DNA from: Trueperaceae bacterium
GTDB taxonomy: Bacteria; Deinococcota; Deinococci; Deinococcales; Trueperaceae
Length of the DNA stretch: 64,000 bases
Direction of reading: 5' to 3'
Assembly (NCBI GenBank): GCA_965214405.1
Contig: OZ243956.1
Coordinates: 384,001-448,000, forward strand
Shown piece by piece: positions 9,443 through 19,411 of the stretch; within the stretch, counting starts at the first letter, position 1; every line of letters starts with the position of its first letter. Position numbers and translations under genes: made by a program. The notes beneath the pieces are model-generated. The model did not search any database and had not been told where the DNA came from. It saw only the letters and a list, made by a program, of their open reading frames with translations.

Positions 9443-10285
9443 CTACCCGGTGTGAGGGTGCGCCCCTAGCCACTCGAGCACATCCCCCACAGGTTTCTCC
9501 TTGCCGATATCGTTAAAAATTTCGTGGTAATAGCCGTCATAGATATGAAGCGTTTTGTCCTTTGACCCCACCCGCTCATAAAGTTCCCGGCTGCCCTCCG
9601 GCGCGGCCAGCCGGTCCGCGCCGCCGTGCATGATGAGGACGGGCAGGCGGACGCTGTCGGCGCGTTCCATCACAAACGCGCCCGCCTGGAGCATTTCGTG
9701 GCCCAGGCGCGCCTTGACCTTGTCGTGGTAGACGAGCGGGTCCGTACGGTAAGCCTCCACCACCGCCGGGTCGCGGGAGAGGGCGTCGGTATCCAAAGAT
9801 TGTACGGGCAGGCTTGGAAAAAGGCGGCTTACCGGGCCGGAGAGGGCCAGAAGCGCCCGTGGCACCTCGGCAGCGTTGCTCAAGTAAGCCCCGCTCAACA
9901 GGAGGCCGTCGACCCGTTCGGGTTGCTCGAGCACCATCTGCAGCGCCACCAAACCGCCCATGCTGTGCCCCAGCAAAAACCGGGGCGGGTTCGGGTGAAT
10001 CTCGCGCACGTGCTCGGTAAAGCGCGCGAGGTCAGAAACAAACTCACGAAACACGCCGACGTTGGCCCGCTCCCCCTCGCTGTGACCGTGCCCGCGGTGG
10101 TCGAGCGCGTAGACGGCGTAACCCGCCCCCACCAGCCGCGCCGCCAGCGCGTCGTAGCGCCCGGCGTGCTCGGCGTAGCCGTGGGCGATAATGACCGCCG
10201 CCTCCGGTCGCCCCGCCCCGTCGGGCAGCCAGCGGTAGGTAGCGAGGGCCACGCCCGTTTTCAGCAGATAAGTCTGGCGCTGCAC
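9443..10285 (-). CDS. Alpha/beta hydrolase (lysophospholipase/monoacylglycerol lipase type)
   Basis: HGYAEH, DHRGHGHS, GHSMGG, HGGAD, HEIFND. Confidence 0.9.
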   Translation of the reverse strand: MQRQTYLLKTGVALATYRWLPDGAGRPEAAVIIAHGYAEHAGRYDALAARLVGAGYAVYALDHRGHGHSEGERANVGVFREFVSDLARFTEHVREIHPNPPRFLLGHSMGGLVALQMVLEQPERVDGLLLSGAYLSNAAEVPRALLALSGPVSRLFPSLPVQSLDTDALSRDPAVVEAYRTDPLVYHDKVKARLGHEMLQAGAFVMERADSVRLPVLIMHGGADRLAAPEGSRELYERVGSKDKTLHIYDGYYHEIFNDIGKEKPVGDVLEWLGAHPHTG

Positions 10286-10688
10286 AAAAGCCTCCTGGTG
10301 TACCCGGGGAGCTTACCCGTTGAGTAACTCTAGCACTGTGCCTCACGGCCAACGCCTCGGCACATCCAAGGGGCGAGCCTGGGGAAGGTCAAGACGTCGA
10401 GAAACCAGCCAGAAACCAGCCAGTACCGTGGTTTTCAGAAGTAACGTCGCCTGCCTCTTAAAAACTGTGTGCTGGACGTGAACGAGAACAAGCACTTCGA
10501 AGCTTTTCAACCCCAGGAAGCGTCGGGCACAGCATCTGCGAATTCAGGTGGCAAACGGTGTAAATGAGGAGGGTGTAAATGAGCAAGTTGTCTTTGTGTG
10601 CTTACCCATCATATGCTTACTCATCACCCTACAGACGCGTACCCACAGTAAAAATCTCGAGATTTGAGGAAACAGATTTGAGGAAACA

Positions 10689-12131
10689 ATGACGGAAACG
10701 GACACCAAAACTAATCCTGAGGCTTGGCTCGAGACCGCGCCCCAGAAACGCCAGGCCTTAGCCGCCGACCCCCACCGCCCGCGCTACCACTTTCTCCCGC
10801 CCGACGGCTGGACGAACGACCCCAACGGGGTGATTCAGTGGGAGGACTCTTACCACCTCTTTTACCAGCACAACCCGCACGGCCCTTTTTGGGGCACGAT
10901 TCACTGGGGTCACGCGGTCTCGACCGACCTCGTTCACTGGGAAGATTTGCCGATTGCGCTCGAGCCCTCACGTAACGGCCCCGACAAGGACGGCTGCTTC
11001 TCGGGCTGCGCGGTGAATGATAACGGGGTGCCGACGCTCCTTTATACGGGCTTCGCCGACACCAAGCAGACGCAGTGCTTAGCCACAAGCCGCGACGGGC
11101 TCCTCACTTGGGAGAAATACGCGGGCAACCCGGTGCTCGCCACGCCGCCCGAAGGCGTGCGCCCGCTCGACTTCCGCGACCCCTGGGTGTGGCGCGAGGG
11201 GGACGCGTGGTACATGGTGCTCGTGTCCGGCAGGCCCGAGGGTGGCGGGATGGCGCTTCTTTACCGCGCTGCCGATTTGCGCCGTTGGGAGCCCCTGCCC
11301 CACCTCCTCACGGGCGAGGTCGAAGAGACCGGCGAGGTGTGGGAGTGCCCCAACTTTTTCCCGCTGGGTGATAAGCACGTGCTTATCGTCTCGGTCTGGC
11401 CCAAGCACAGCGTTCACTATTTTGTGGGCACTTTTGCGGCTGAACGTTTCGTCCCGGAATCCCGCGGCGTCCTCGACCCCGACGGCAGTCTGTACGCGCC
11501 GCTCACGTTAGGGGACGCTCAAGGTCGCAGGCTCCTGTGGGGCTGGCTCGACGAGCAGCGGAGCCGCGAGGTGCAACGGGCCGCAGGCTGGGCCGGGGTG
11601 ATGTCGCTGCCGCGCGTGCTTTCGCTGGACGAGGGTGAACTCCGCACCGACTTCGCGCCGGAGTTGCGGGGGTTACGCCAGAAATATACGAAGATGAGCT
11701 CTCTCGACGTCGCCGGAACAGTAAAGGTGGAGGGTGTGAAGAGCCGGGCGCTCGAGCTCCGCCTCACGCTCCAAAAGGGCTCCGCCTCGCGCTCGGGCAT
11801 CCTTCTCGCCCGCTCACCCGGTGGCGAGGAGGAAACGCGCGTTTTCATGGACTGGGATGAAGGAACGTTGGTGATTGACCGGGCGCGCTCGAGCCTCCTA
11901 CCCGAGGCGGAGCGGCGCGCGCAGTCGGGGGCATTGTCCGCTACCGACACGCTGGACCTGCACCTCTACCTTGACGGGTCGGTCTTAGAACTCGTCGCCA
12001 ACGGACGGCTTACGCTGAATACGCGCGTCTATCCGAGTCGTGACGACAGTCTGGGGGTGAAGCTTTTCGCGGATGGCGGGGTGAGCCGGTTGGGGCTTTT
12101 GGAGGTGTGGACGCTGGCGTCTATTTGGTAG
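10689..12131 (+). CDS. Glycoside hydrolase family 32 (beta-fructofuranosidase)
   Basis: WTNDPNG, HWGHAVS, FSG, FRDP, WECP catalytic motifs. Confidence 0.95.
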   Translation: MTETDTKTNPEAWLETAPQKRQALAADPHRPRYHFLPPDGWTNDPNGVIQWEDSYHLFYQHNPHGPFWGTIHWGHAVSTDLVHWEDLPIALEPSRNGPDKDGCFSGCAVNDNGVPTLLYTGFADTKQTQCLATSRDGLLTWEKYAGNPVLATPPEGVRPLDFRDPWVWREGDAWYMVLVSGRPEGGGMALLYRAADLRRWEPLPHLLTGEVEETGEVWECPNFFPLGDKHVLIVSVWPKHSVHYFVGTFAAERFVPESRGVLDPDGSLYAPLTLGDAQGRRLLWGWLDEQRSREVQRAAGWAGVMSLPRVLSLDEGELRTDFAPELRGLRQKYTKMSSLDVAGTVKVEGVKSRALELRLTLQKGSASRSGILLARSPGGEEETRVFMDWDEGTLVIDRARSSLLPEAERRAQSGALSATDTLDLHLYLDGSVLELVANGRLTLNTRVYPSRDDSLGVKLFADGGVSRLGLLEVWTLASIW

Positions 12132-12200
12132 TCGGACGCGTTGGTTTGGGCGCGAAACGCGACGAGCCGTTGGCGCAGACTAAGGCTGTTTGGGTGTGCT

Positions 12201-12232
12201 CGAGGGCCGCTGAGAAAGCGGCCCTCGTTTTT
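12201..12232 (+). terminator. Rho-independent terminator
   Basis: CGAGGGCCGC-TGAGAAA-GCGGCCCTCG-TTTTT. Confidence 0.8.
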
Positions 12233-12452
12233 GGTGTGACCCGAACGGCAGCTTGCCGAGTCTAAGCTTAAAACCAAGCAGCCTGATACGACGTTCAAAC
12301 ACAGTAACGGGTATCATTTGATTGAATAAGTTTTAGTTTGTGGACAAGTATTCACAGTATAGTCAAAAGAAATATCTGCTCCGAATCCGTTTAGCATCTC
12401 CAAAAACCGCCACAAGAGATATATCTCACTTTTGACGAGAGGAACGCCGCGT

Positions 12453-14177
12453 ATGGTCAGGGAAAACGCGAAAGAAACACATCCAGAAAAGGTTGGCGAC
12501 GCTCCTCCCATGCCCGAGGCGGCTTTTCCGACGCTGACGCGGGCGCAGCTAGGGCGCGTTCGTCCGCTCGGCAAGGAGCGCGTCGTCGCCGCGGGCGAGG
12601 GCCTCTTCACCGAGGGCGAGGAGAGCTACGACTTTATCGTTATTTTAGAGGGCAGCGCCGCGGTGTACGAAGACCGGGCGGGAGAGCGGCAGATTGCCAG
12701 GGACGTCGGGGTGAACAATTTCCTCGGCGAGATGGGGCTGCTGCTGGGCGAAACGGTCTACGCCACCGCAAAAATGAAAGAGGCGGGCTGCATTCTCTCC
12801 TTGACCCCCGAGGCGCTACGCGAACTCCTAGGCCGCGACGCGGAGCTTTCCAACCTCATTCTGAGCGCCTTTGCAGCGAGGCGCGGCATCGTGTCCGAAG
12901 GCGGGTCGGGACTCACCATCGTCGGCTCGCACAAGGACCGGGACGCGGTGCGCCTGGCGACTTTTGCAAGCCGCAACTATCTGCCGATGCGCTGGCTCGA
13001 CCTAGAGGACGACGTCAGGGAGGCGGAAGCCTTTCTGACGCAAATCGGGCGGACCAAAGCGTCTCTTGAAGAAACCGGGGCCATCGCCGTATGGGGAAGC
13101 GAGACGGTGCTGGACAACCCGAGCAACTTCGAACTCGCCCGCGTGATTGGGTTTGGCTCGGAACTCGCTTCCGACGAGGTGGTCGATCTAGCCATTGTCG
13201 GCGCGGGACCGGGCGGGCTCGCGGCGGCGGTGTACGGCGCGAGCGAGGGGCTCAGCACGGTTGTTTTGGACGAGGTGGGTGCGGGCGGTCAGGCGGGGTC
13301 GTCGTCGCGGATAGAGAATTATCTGGGCTTTCCCGCGGGGGTCTCGGGCACCGAACTCGCAAGCCGCGCCATCGTCCAGGCGCGTAAATTCGGGGCGGCC
13401 TTTGGAATGCCCCACGAAGCGGTGAGCTTAGGGCGTAACGAGGACTCCTATTTGCTCACGCTCAAGGATGGGGGCAAGGTGGGCGCGCGAACCGTCGTCA
13501 TTGCGACGGGGGTGTACTACCGCCGCTTGCCACTAGCGCGCCTGCGCGACTTTGAGGGCGTCGGCGTCTACTACGCGGCCACCGAGATGGAGGCGCGCAA
13601 CTGTTTTAGCAACACGGTCGCCGTGGTGGGGGGCGGCAACTCGGCGGGTCAGGCGGCGATGTTTTTGTCCGAGCGGGCGGCGTGGGTGGTGCTGCTCATT
13701 CGGGGCGACGACCTCCGCAAGAGCATGAGCAGCTATCTGGCCGACCGCGTCGAGACCTCGCCGAGGATTGACGTGATGCTCCACAGCGAAGTCCGGGAGT
13801 TGCACGGTGAGGGAGGGCTCGAGCAGGTCACCATCGAACACACCGACACCGGAGAGGTTGAGACGCTTCAGTGCCCCGCCCTCTTTCTTTTTATCGGCGC
13901 GGTGCCGCGCACCGAGTGGGTGCGTCCGGACTGCGGCGACCTTACGGTAGCCACCGACGCCAAGGGCTTTATCAAAACGGGCCTCGCGGTGGAGGACGCC
14001 GAGAGGGACGCTAGCCTGTGGCGCGGCCTCACGCCGTCGACCTTCGAGACGAGTTTGCCGGGCGTGTTCGCCGTCGGCGACGTGCGGAGCGGGTCGACCA
14101 AGCGCGTCGCGGGCGCGGTCGGGGAGGGTTCGGTGGCGGTCAAGGCGGTGCATGACCGCTTGGACACGTACAGGTGA
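12453..14177 (+). CDS. cNMP-binding domain fused to thioredoxin reductase-like FAD oxidoreductase
   Basis: N-terminal cNMP-like domain (FLGEMGLL); GAGPGG, SSRIENYLGFP, GGGNSAGQ, TSLPGVFAVGD. Start uncertain (12432, 12453 or 12510). Confidence 0.85.
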   Translation: MVRENAKETHPEKVGDAPPMPEAAFPTLTRAQLGRVRPLGKERVVAAGEGLFTEGEESYDFIVILEGSAAVYEDRAGERQIARDVGVNNFLGEMGLLLGETVYATAKMKEAGCILSLTPEALRELLGRDAELSNLILSAFAARRGIVSEGGSGLTIVGSHKDRDAVRLATFASRNYLPMRWLDLEDDVREAEAFLTQIGRTKASLEETGAIAVWGSETVLDNPSNFELARVIGFGSELASDEVVDLAIVGAGPGGLAAAVYGASEGLSTVVLDEVGAGGQAGSSSRIENYLGFPAGVSGTELASRAIVQARKFGAAFGMPHEAVSLGRNEDSYLLTLKDGGKVGARTVVIATGVYYRRLPLARLRDFEGVGVYYAATEMEARNCFSNTVAVVGGGNSAGQAAMFLSERAAWVVLLIRGDDLRKSMSSYLADRVETSPRIDVMLHSEVRELHGEGGLEQVTIEHTDTGEVETLQCPALFLFIGAVPRTEWVRPDCGDLTVATDAKGFIKTGLAVEDAERDASLWRGLTPSTFETSLPGVFAVGDVRSGSTKRVAGAVGEGSVAVKAVHDRLDTYR

Positions 14178-14250
14178 CGTGCAGAGAAACCTGGCGGGGA
14201 ACTCGAGCCTCCCCTTCACATCGAGACGCTAAAACCTGAGCCACAACGCT

Positions 14251-14904
14251 TCACGCGGCGTCTCTTCCGTAAAGGCTGACCAAGCGGGCGATGGCGACCG
14301 CGAGGTAGAGCACGCCCACCACGGCCTCCAAGGTCGACAAGGAGCGCGCCCAGGCGTTGATGGGTTGAACGTCGCCGTAGCCGACCGTGTTGAGCGTGAC
14401 GTAGCTGTAGTATATGAGTTGCTGCCAGACGACGCCCTCGCCGGGTGACGCGCCGCCAACAAACGAGCCCGGCTGCACGGTCTCGATAAGCCCGTAGACC
14501 GGCACGAAGGTCGCGCCGATAAGCAGGTAGATACTCAGCGCGGCCAGCACGGTGTTGACGGTAACGCGCGTCTGAAGCCGCGTAAAACGCGCCAACGAAT
14601 AGATGATGATGAGCTGGAAAGGAAGCACCGCGGCGTAGGCTGCTAGGTTGGCCCAGGCGTTCTCCGGGTCGGTGATGTACCAGATGCTGGCGGCAAAAAC
14701 GACGAGCGCGCTCGCCAAGTTGACGCGAAGCTGCGTCCGGCTCTCGCCCGCAGCGAAGCTTCCCGACACGAACATGAGCGCGTAAAGAACTTGATGACCG
14801 ATAAACCAGCCTTGCCCCAGGTAAGTGAGCGGGTACCCGAACTGCACGAGGATGACGAGCGTCAGAAACGACGCGAGGAGCGTCGTGGTGGAAAAGCGGC
14901 GCAC
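14251..14904 (-). CDS. Potassium-channel-family membrane protein
   Basis: Multiple TM segments; pore loop YYSYVTLNTVGYGD. Confidence 0.85.
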   Translation of the reverse strand: MRRFSTTTLLASFLTLVILVQFGYPLTYLGQGWFIGHQVLYALMFVSGSFAAGESRTQLRVNLASALVVFAASIWYITDPENAWANLAAYAAVLPFQLIIIYSLARFTRLQTRVTVNTVLAALSIYLLIGATFVPVYGLIETVQPGSFVGGASPGEGVVWQQLIYYSYVTLNTVGYGDVQPINAWARSLSTLEAVVGVLYLAVAIARLVSLYGRDAA

Positions 14905-15001
14905 CCTTTTATGATGTCACAAATACGTCGAGGTCATAGGATTCGCGCCAGGGCTCGAGCCCAGTCACCTCAAACTCCTTTACGCTCGAGTCCAAACCAC
15001 C

Positions 15002-15628
15002 TCAAACCCTATTACGCCCAAGCACCACCCCGGCCTCCCCCACCGTCATCGTTTTGTTGTAAATCTCGCTGCCGGGTTCTTGTACCTTGCTCTCGCGTAG
15101 CGGCCCCGTGTCGAGCGGGCCGAAGCCGATGGCTTTGATAAGGTCGGCGACCGTAGCCTTGGCTCCCGCGTCGTCCCCGGCCAAAAAGATGACGCGCCGC
15201 GCGTCAATAGGCTTAAACGTATCCCCTTGGTCGCGCAGGTGCTCCCAATAAATCGTGTTAAACGCCTTGACGACCCTCGTGTCGGGCAGGTGCTCGGCGA
15301 CGAGTTCGGTTTGAGCGCGCCCGCCTAAGTCGATGTCGCCGTCACGCTGCGGGTAATAGTTCGACGCGCTAATGAGGATTTTGTTCGCAAGCGCCGCTAC
15401 CGGCAGGTCGCGGTAATGTCCATAGGGAATGGCCTCTAACACGACCTCGCCAAACTTTGCAGCGTCTTCCGCCGTCATCGCCTGAGCGTTGGGGCCGAGG
15501 TTTTGAACAGCCTCAGTTAACGTTTCCGGCCCGCGCGAGTTACTGATAGCGACCCTGTGACCCACGTTTATAAAAAGCTCTGCCGCCGTATTGCCGATAT
15601 GCCCCGCGCCGATGATGCCGATGTTCAT
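15002..15628 (-). CDS. NADPH-dependent F420 reductase-like oxidoreductase
   Basis: GAGHIG, SNSRGPETL, NYYPQRDG, VVKAFNT. Confidence 0.88.
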   Translation of the reverse strand: MNIGIIGAGHIGNTAAELFINVGHRVAISNSRGPETLTEAVQNLGPNAQAMTAEDAAKFGEVVLEAIPYGHYRDLPVAALANKILISASNYYPQRDGDIDLGGRAQTELVAEHLPDTRVVKAFNTIYWEHLRDQGDTFKPIDARRVIFLAGDDAGAKATVADLIKAIGFGPLDTGPLRESKVQEPGSEIYNKTMTVGEAGVVLGRNRV

Positions 15629-15641
15629 AGCTTCTCCTTTT

Positions 15642-16700
15642 TTAGGTTAGCGTCTCGAGCACCGCGTCCGTAAATTCCTCTGTTGACGCCTTTCCCCCCA
15701 AATCTCGGGTCAGGGTGGTTCCGGCCTCGAGCACCGCCTCGACCGCCCCCAGCATCGCCTCAGCCGCTTCTTTTTGTCCCAGATGGTCCAGCATCATGCT
15801 CGCCGTCCAGATGGCCGCGACGGGATTGGCGACGCCCTGGCCCGCGATGTCGGGGGCGGAGCCGTGGACGGGTTCGAACATGCTCGGATAGTCTCCTGAG
15901 GGGTTGATGTTACCGCCCGGCGCGACGCCCATGCCGCCCACGACGGCGGGTCCCAAATCCGAAAGAATATCGCCGAAGAGGTTGCTCGCCACCACCACGT
16001 CGAAACTCTGGGGACGCCCCACAAAATGCGCGCTCAGGATGTCGATGTGATACTGGTCGGTCCGCACGTCGGGGTAGTCCTGATGAACCGCGCGAAAGCG
16101 TTCGTCCCAAAAGGGCATGGTGTGAATGATGCCGTTCGATTTGGTCGCCGAGGTCAGGTGCTGGCGGCGCTCTCGCGCACGCTCAAAGGCGTAGCGCATC
16201 ACCCGGTCCACGCCGCGCCGCGTAAAAATCGTCTGCTGCACGACGGTTTCATGCTCGGTGCCCTCGTAAAGCCGCCCGCCGATTTCGGAATACTCGCCCT
16301 CGTTGTTTTCGCGCACAATAAAAAAGTCGATGTCACCAGGCTTGACGTTTTTGAGCGGCGACTCGATACCCTTTAAGAGCCTCACCGGGCGCACGTTGAC
16401 GTACTGCTCGAAAGAGCGCCGGATGGGAATCAAGAGCCCCCAGAGCGACACGTGGTCGGGCACGTTTCTGTAGCCCACCGCGCCCAGGAAAATGTCGTCA
16501 AAGTCGCGTAGACGCTCGAGCCCATCCTCCGGCATCATGCGGCCCGTTCGGCGGTAGGTCTCACAGGAGTAGTCGAATGTTTTGTACTCGAGCCCGAAGC
16601 CGTGCGACGCCGCTACTTTATCGAGGACCCGCACGGACGCGGGGATGACTTCGTTGCCGATGCCGTCACCCGGAATGAGGGCGATGCGGTAGGTGGTCAT
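15642..16700 (-). CDS. Tartrate dehydrogenase/decarboxylase
   Basis: GDGIGNEV, VPDHVSLWGLLIPIRR, RENNEGEYS, SNLFGDILSD, EPVHGSAPDI. Confidence 0.9.
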   Translation of the reverse strand: MTTYRIALIPGDGIGNEVIPASVRVLDKVAASHGFGLEYKTFDYSCETYRRTGRMMPEDGLERLRDFDDIFLGAVGYRNVPDHVSLWGLLIPIRRSFEQYVNVRPVRLLKGIESPLKNVKPGDIDFFIVRENNEGEYSEIGGRLYEGTEHETVVQQTIFTRRGVDRVMRYAFERARERRQHLTSATKSNGIIHTMPFWDERFRAVHQDYPDVRTDQYHIDILSAHFVGRPQSFDVVVASNLFGDILSDLGPAVVGGMGVAPGGNINPSGDYPSMFEPVHGSAPDIAGQGVANPVAAIWTASMMLDHLGQKEAAEAMLGAVEAVLEAGTTLTRDLGGKASTEEFTDAVLETLT

Positions 16701-17593
16701 ATGGAACCTACTTTCACAGGTCGGGCCTCTCTTTGAGTACGAGCTTCAAAGGTGCGCGTAAAGAGGTCGTAAAGCCGTTCGTTCGCCTCAAAGCCGATGC
16801 CCGGCGCGTCGGTTAAAGAAACCACGCCGTTCTCGACGGGGGTGCTTTCGGGAAAAGAGCCGAAGGGCGCGAACACTTCAGGATAGGCTTCGTTGCCGCC
16901 CAGACCCAAACCCGCCGCGATGTGAAGCGCAAAAGCGTGCCCGCCGTGCGGGACGCAGCGCGCTCGAGGCCAGCCGTGCTGCGACAGCACCCCCAACATC
17001 TTAAGGTATTCGACCAGGCCGTAAGAGAGCACCGGGTCCATCTGCAACACGTCGCGGTCGGGGCGTAAGCAGGCGTAGCGGAGCAAATTGCGGACGTCCT
17101 GGTGCGAAAAGAGGTTTTCGCCCGTCGCCAGCGGGGGCGCGTAAGCCTCGCTCAGCGCCGCTTGCAAGGCGTAGTCGAGGGAATCGCCCGCTTCTTCAAA
17201 CCACCGCAAGCCGTAGGGCTCGAGGGCCTCCGCGTAGGAAAGCGCGTCACGCAAGTTGAATCTGCCGTTCGCGTCCACCGCGAGGCGCGCGGGGTCGCCC
17301 ACGAGGTCCAGCACGGCTTCGACTCGTTTCATATCTTCACCCAACGTCACCCCGCCTATTTTCATTTTAACGGTTGTGAACCCTTGCGCCAGATAACCCC
17401 GCATCTCCTCACGAAGGGCGTCCAGGCTTTTGGACCCGTGATAGTAACCGCCCGCCGTGTAGACCGCGACCTTTTGCCCCGGCTCGCCCCCTCCGTAACG
17501 CTCGGCCGAGAGGGTGGCGAGGGGTTGACGCTCGAGTTTTACCGCAACATCCCACAGCGCCATGTCGAGCACGCCCACGGAAGCTAAACGTTC
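16697..17593 (-). pseudogene. 5'-truncated D-tartrate dehydratase (TarD)-like enolase-superfamily gene
   Basis: AGGYY, VKMKIGG, LAVDANGRF, ATGENLFSHQD, PHGGH, GGNEAYP match TarD. The N-terminal ~100 aa are replaced by unrelated sequence. Confidence 0.7.
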
Positions 17594-17811
17594 CCGATTT
17601 TCGAGGGGAACCCACGATAAACCTAAAAGCTGAACGCACGCTGCGTTACGCCGTGTAGTGGCAGCCTTCGCTCCGTAATTCAAACGCCGCCTTAAAGAAG
17701 CGGCTGCACATTTCACAGACAAGGCAAGAAAATCTTGACAAAGCCGTAAAAATGTCGTGACAACTTCTCTTCTACATTCTTTTTGGGCAGGCATCCTGCA
17801 TTACGACCTCA

Positions 17812-18020
17812 CACTCCCACCTCTCTTCTAAGACGCCCCCGGCCCTTGTGCTGGGGGTTCTTTCCTTCTTCACAAGGGGGCTCGAGAAGAACCAACCCGC
17901 GCAACTCGCACAGGGGAAAGAGAATAAAAGGGTGTTGCTTTTACAACTTTTTACATGTAAAAAGAGCAACAAAGAACCCCACGGAGGAGAGCGCGGGGTC
18001 TTAGAGAGGAGGTGGAAGCG
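17812..18020. repeat. About 210-bp element bounded by ~50-bp imperfect inverted repeats
   Basis: Arms 17812-17863 and 17971-18020; internal perfect palindrome CTTTTTACATGTAAAAAG at 17947-17964. Confidence 0.6.
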
Positions 18021-18254
18021 GGGCGTGGGGGGCTCCCCGTGTCCAAAACCTCATCCTAGCGGCGGGGCTTTTACAAAATTCTTACGCTAAAGCTACCGAC
18101 CGAAGATCGCACGAAGCACTTGAGGTTCGCAGCAAAGAGTGTGGCGTCCTTTTCACGGTCGTAATAAATAGCGCTTTTAGGAAAGAATTTTTCTAACCTT
18201 GTTTGGATTAATGCCAATTAGACGACGCAACGTTGTCGCACGGGTTTCACTTAT

Positions 18255-18440
18255 TTCCAGTCAATACTGATACCAGGTCGCTAAAATCACACGTAACATC
18301 TTAATTGACAAACGCGAGAACATTTGGGTACTTTTGGCCCTTGTTCACTGCATCAAACTGTTTTACAGCCTGGTGGATATCATCTGTGAGCCTATTAAAG
18401 GTCGGGTCACTGGTCAAATTGTCTATGACCTCACCGGGCG
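18255..18440 (-). pseudogene. Fragment of a low-GC hypothetical gene
   Basis: Protein-like stretch DPTFNRLTDDIHQAVKQFDAVN..PNVLAFVN, stop at 18301, no credible start. Confidence 0.35.
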
Positions 18441-18550
18441 AGGCGTCTGTTACTGACTTCTCGAGCCGCATTACTTCTCTCTGTTCTCTGCTGGCACCCG
18501 CTACCCCATCAACCAAGGAAGTTCGGACCCCTATAGAAACACAAACAGAA

Positions 18551-18583
18551 AAGAGTGGCTAAGCGCAGAGCTTAGCCACTCTT
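18551..18583 (-). terminator. Terminator downstream of tRNA-Pro
   Basis: AAGAGTGGCTAAGC-GCAGA-GCTTAGCCACTCTT, 14-bp stem. Confidence 0.8.
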
Positions 18584-18611
18584 CATTTTACCGTCCTAGA
18601 CGGTATTTCTT

Positions 18612-18688
18612 TGGTCGGGGTGGCCAGATTTGAACTGACGACCACTTGACCCCCAGTCAAGTGCGCTACCAGGCTGCGCTACACCCCG
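18612..18688 (-). tRNA. tRNA-Pro (GGG)
   Basis: CGGGGTGTAGCGCAGCCTGGTAGCGCA, anticodon arm CTTGA-CTGGGGG-TCAAG, GTTCAAATC, CCA end. Confidence 0.97.
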
Positions 18689-18769
18689 TCTTTCACGGTT
18701 TTTCGTGATGCGCACACCACGACAACCGCTCGAGAGTCTACCACCCAAAGAGGAAAAAATGCAAGAATG

Positions 18770-19309
18770 TCAAACTTTTTTGGATTGACGCACCCTCACC
18801 CGCGCCAGCTCGAGCCCCCGCTTGGGCAGCCTCAGCGCCCCTTGCACCTCGTCGTAGGTCGCCGTAAACTCGAACACCGCCGCCTGGAGGTCCGAAAGCG
18901 CGCTCACCACGTCTTCTTTTTTGCTGCTGCCCCTGAGCAGGCTTTCTTCTCGAGCCGCCTCGAGGCCCTTAACCCGCTCCAAAAGCGCCTTGCCGCTCTC
19001 GCTCAAGTAGACTGTTTTCTGGCCCCTGGCGCTTTCTTGCTCCTCCAGACGCGCCGCCCGCCAGCGCTTAAGCGCCTCATCATCGGCAAAAGAAAAGTCC
19101 ACCACGTCGTAATCTTTCGTGAGCTTCTTGTCCTCGCCCTCGACGAGGCGTATCCAGGCGTTCATGGTCGTAGGGAGCGAGTGGCCTTCTAAATTGAGTT
19201 CTCCTTTTTGCACCGCCCCCTTCGCCTCTTCGTAAAAGCGTTTGACGGCGCGGCGGTTACGAATTTGGAGCGCATTCTCCTCGATAAGGTCGCTAAATTT
19301 CACTGGCAT
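18770..19309 (-). CDS. Hypothetical protein (179 aa)
   Basis: AGGAGG RBS, host-like composition, helical charged sequence. Confidence 0.75.
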   Translation of the reverse strand: MPVKFSDLIEENALQIRNRRAVKRFYEEAKGAVQKGELNLEGHSLPTTMNAWIRLVEGEDKKLTKDYDVVDFSFADDEALKRWRAARLEEQESARGQKTVYLSESGKALLERVKGLEAAREESLLRGSSKKEDVVSALSDLQAAVFEFTATYDEVQGALRLPKRGLELARVRVRQSKKV

Positions 19310-19411
19310 GAAAAACCCTCCTAAAACGTCACCTTACCGCGTCACCACGAGGATTGGAGTTATCCGTTTTGGTCATCGTCTACGTTCTTTGGTGGCGAGA
19401 TACAATCCCTC

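Noticed and set aside
17594..17794. N-terminal extension of the 365-aa enolase-family ORF
   Set aside because: No resemblance to the TarD capping domain; likely chance open frame across a deletion junction.
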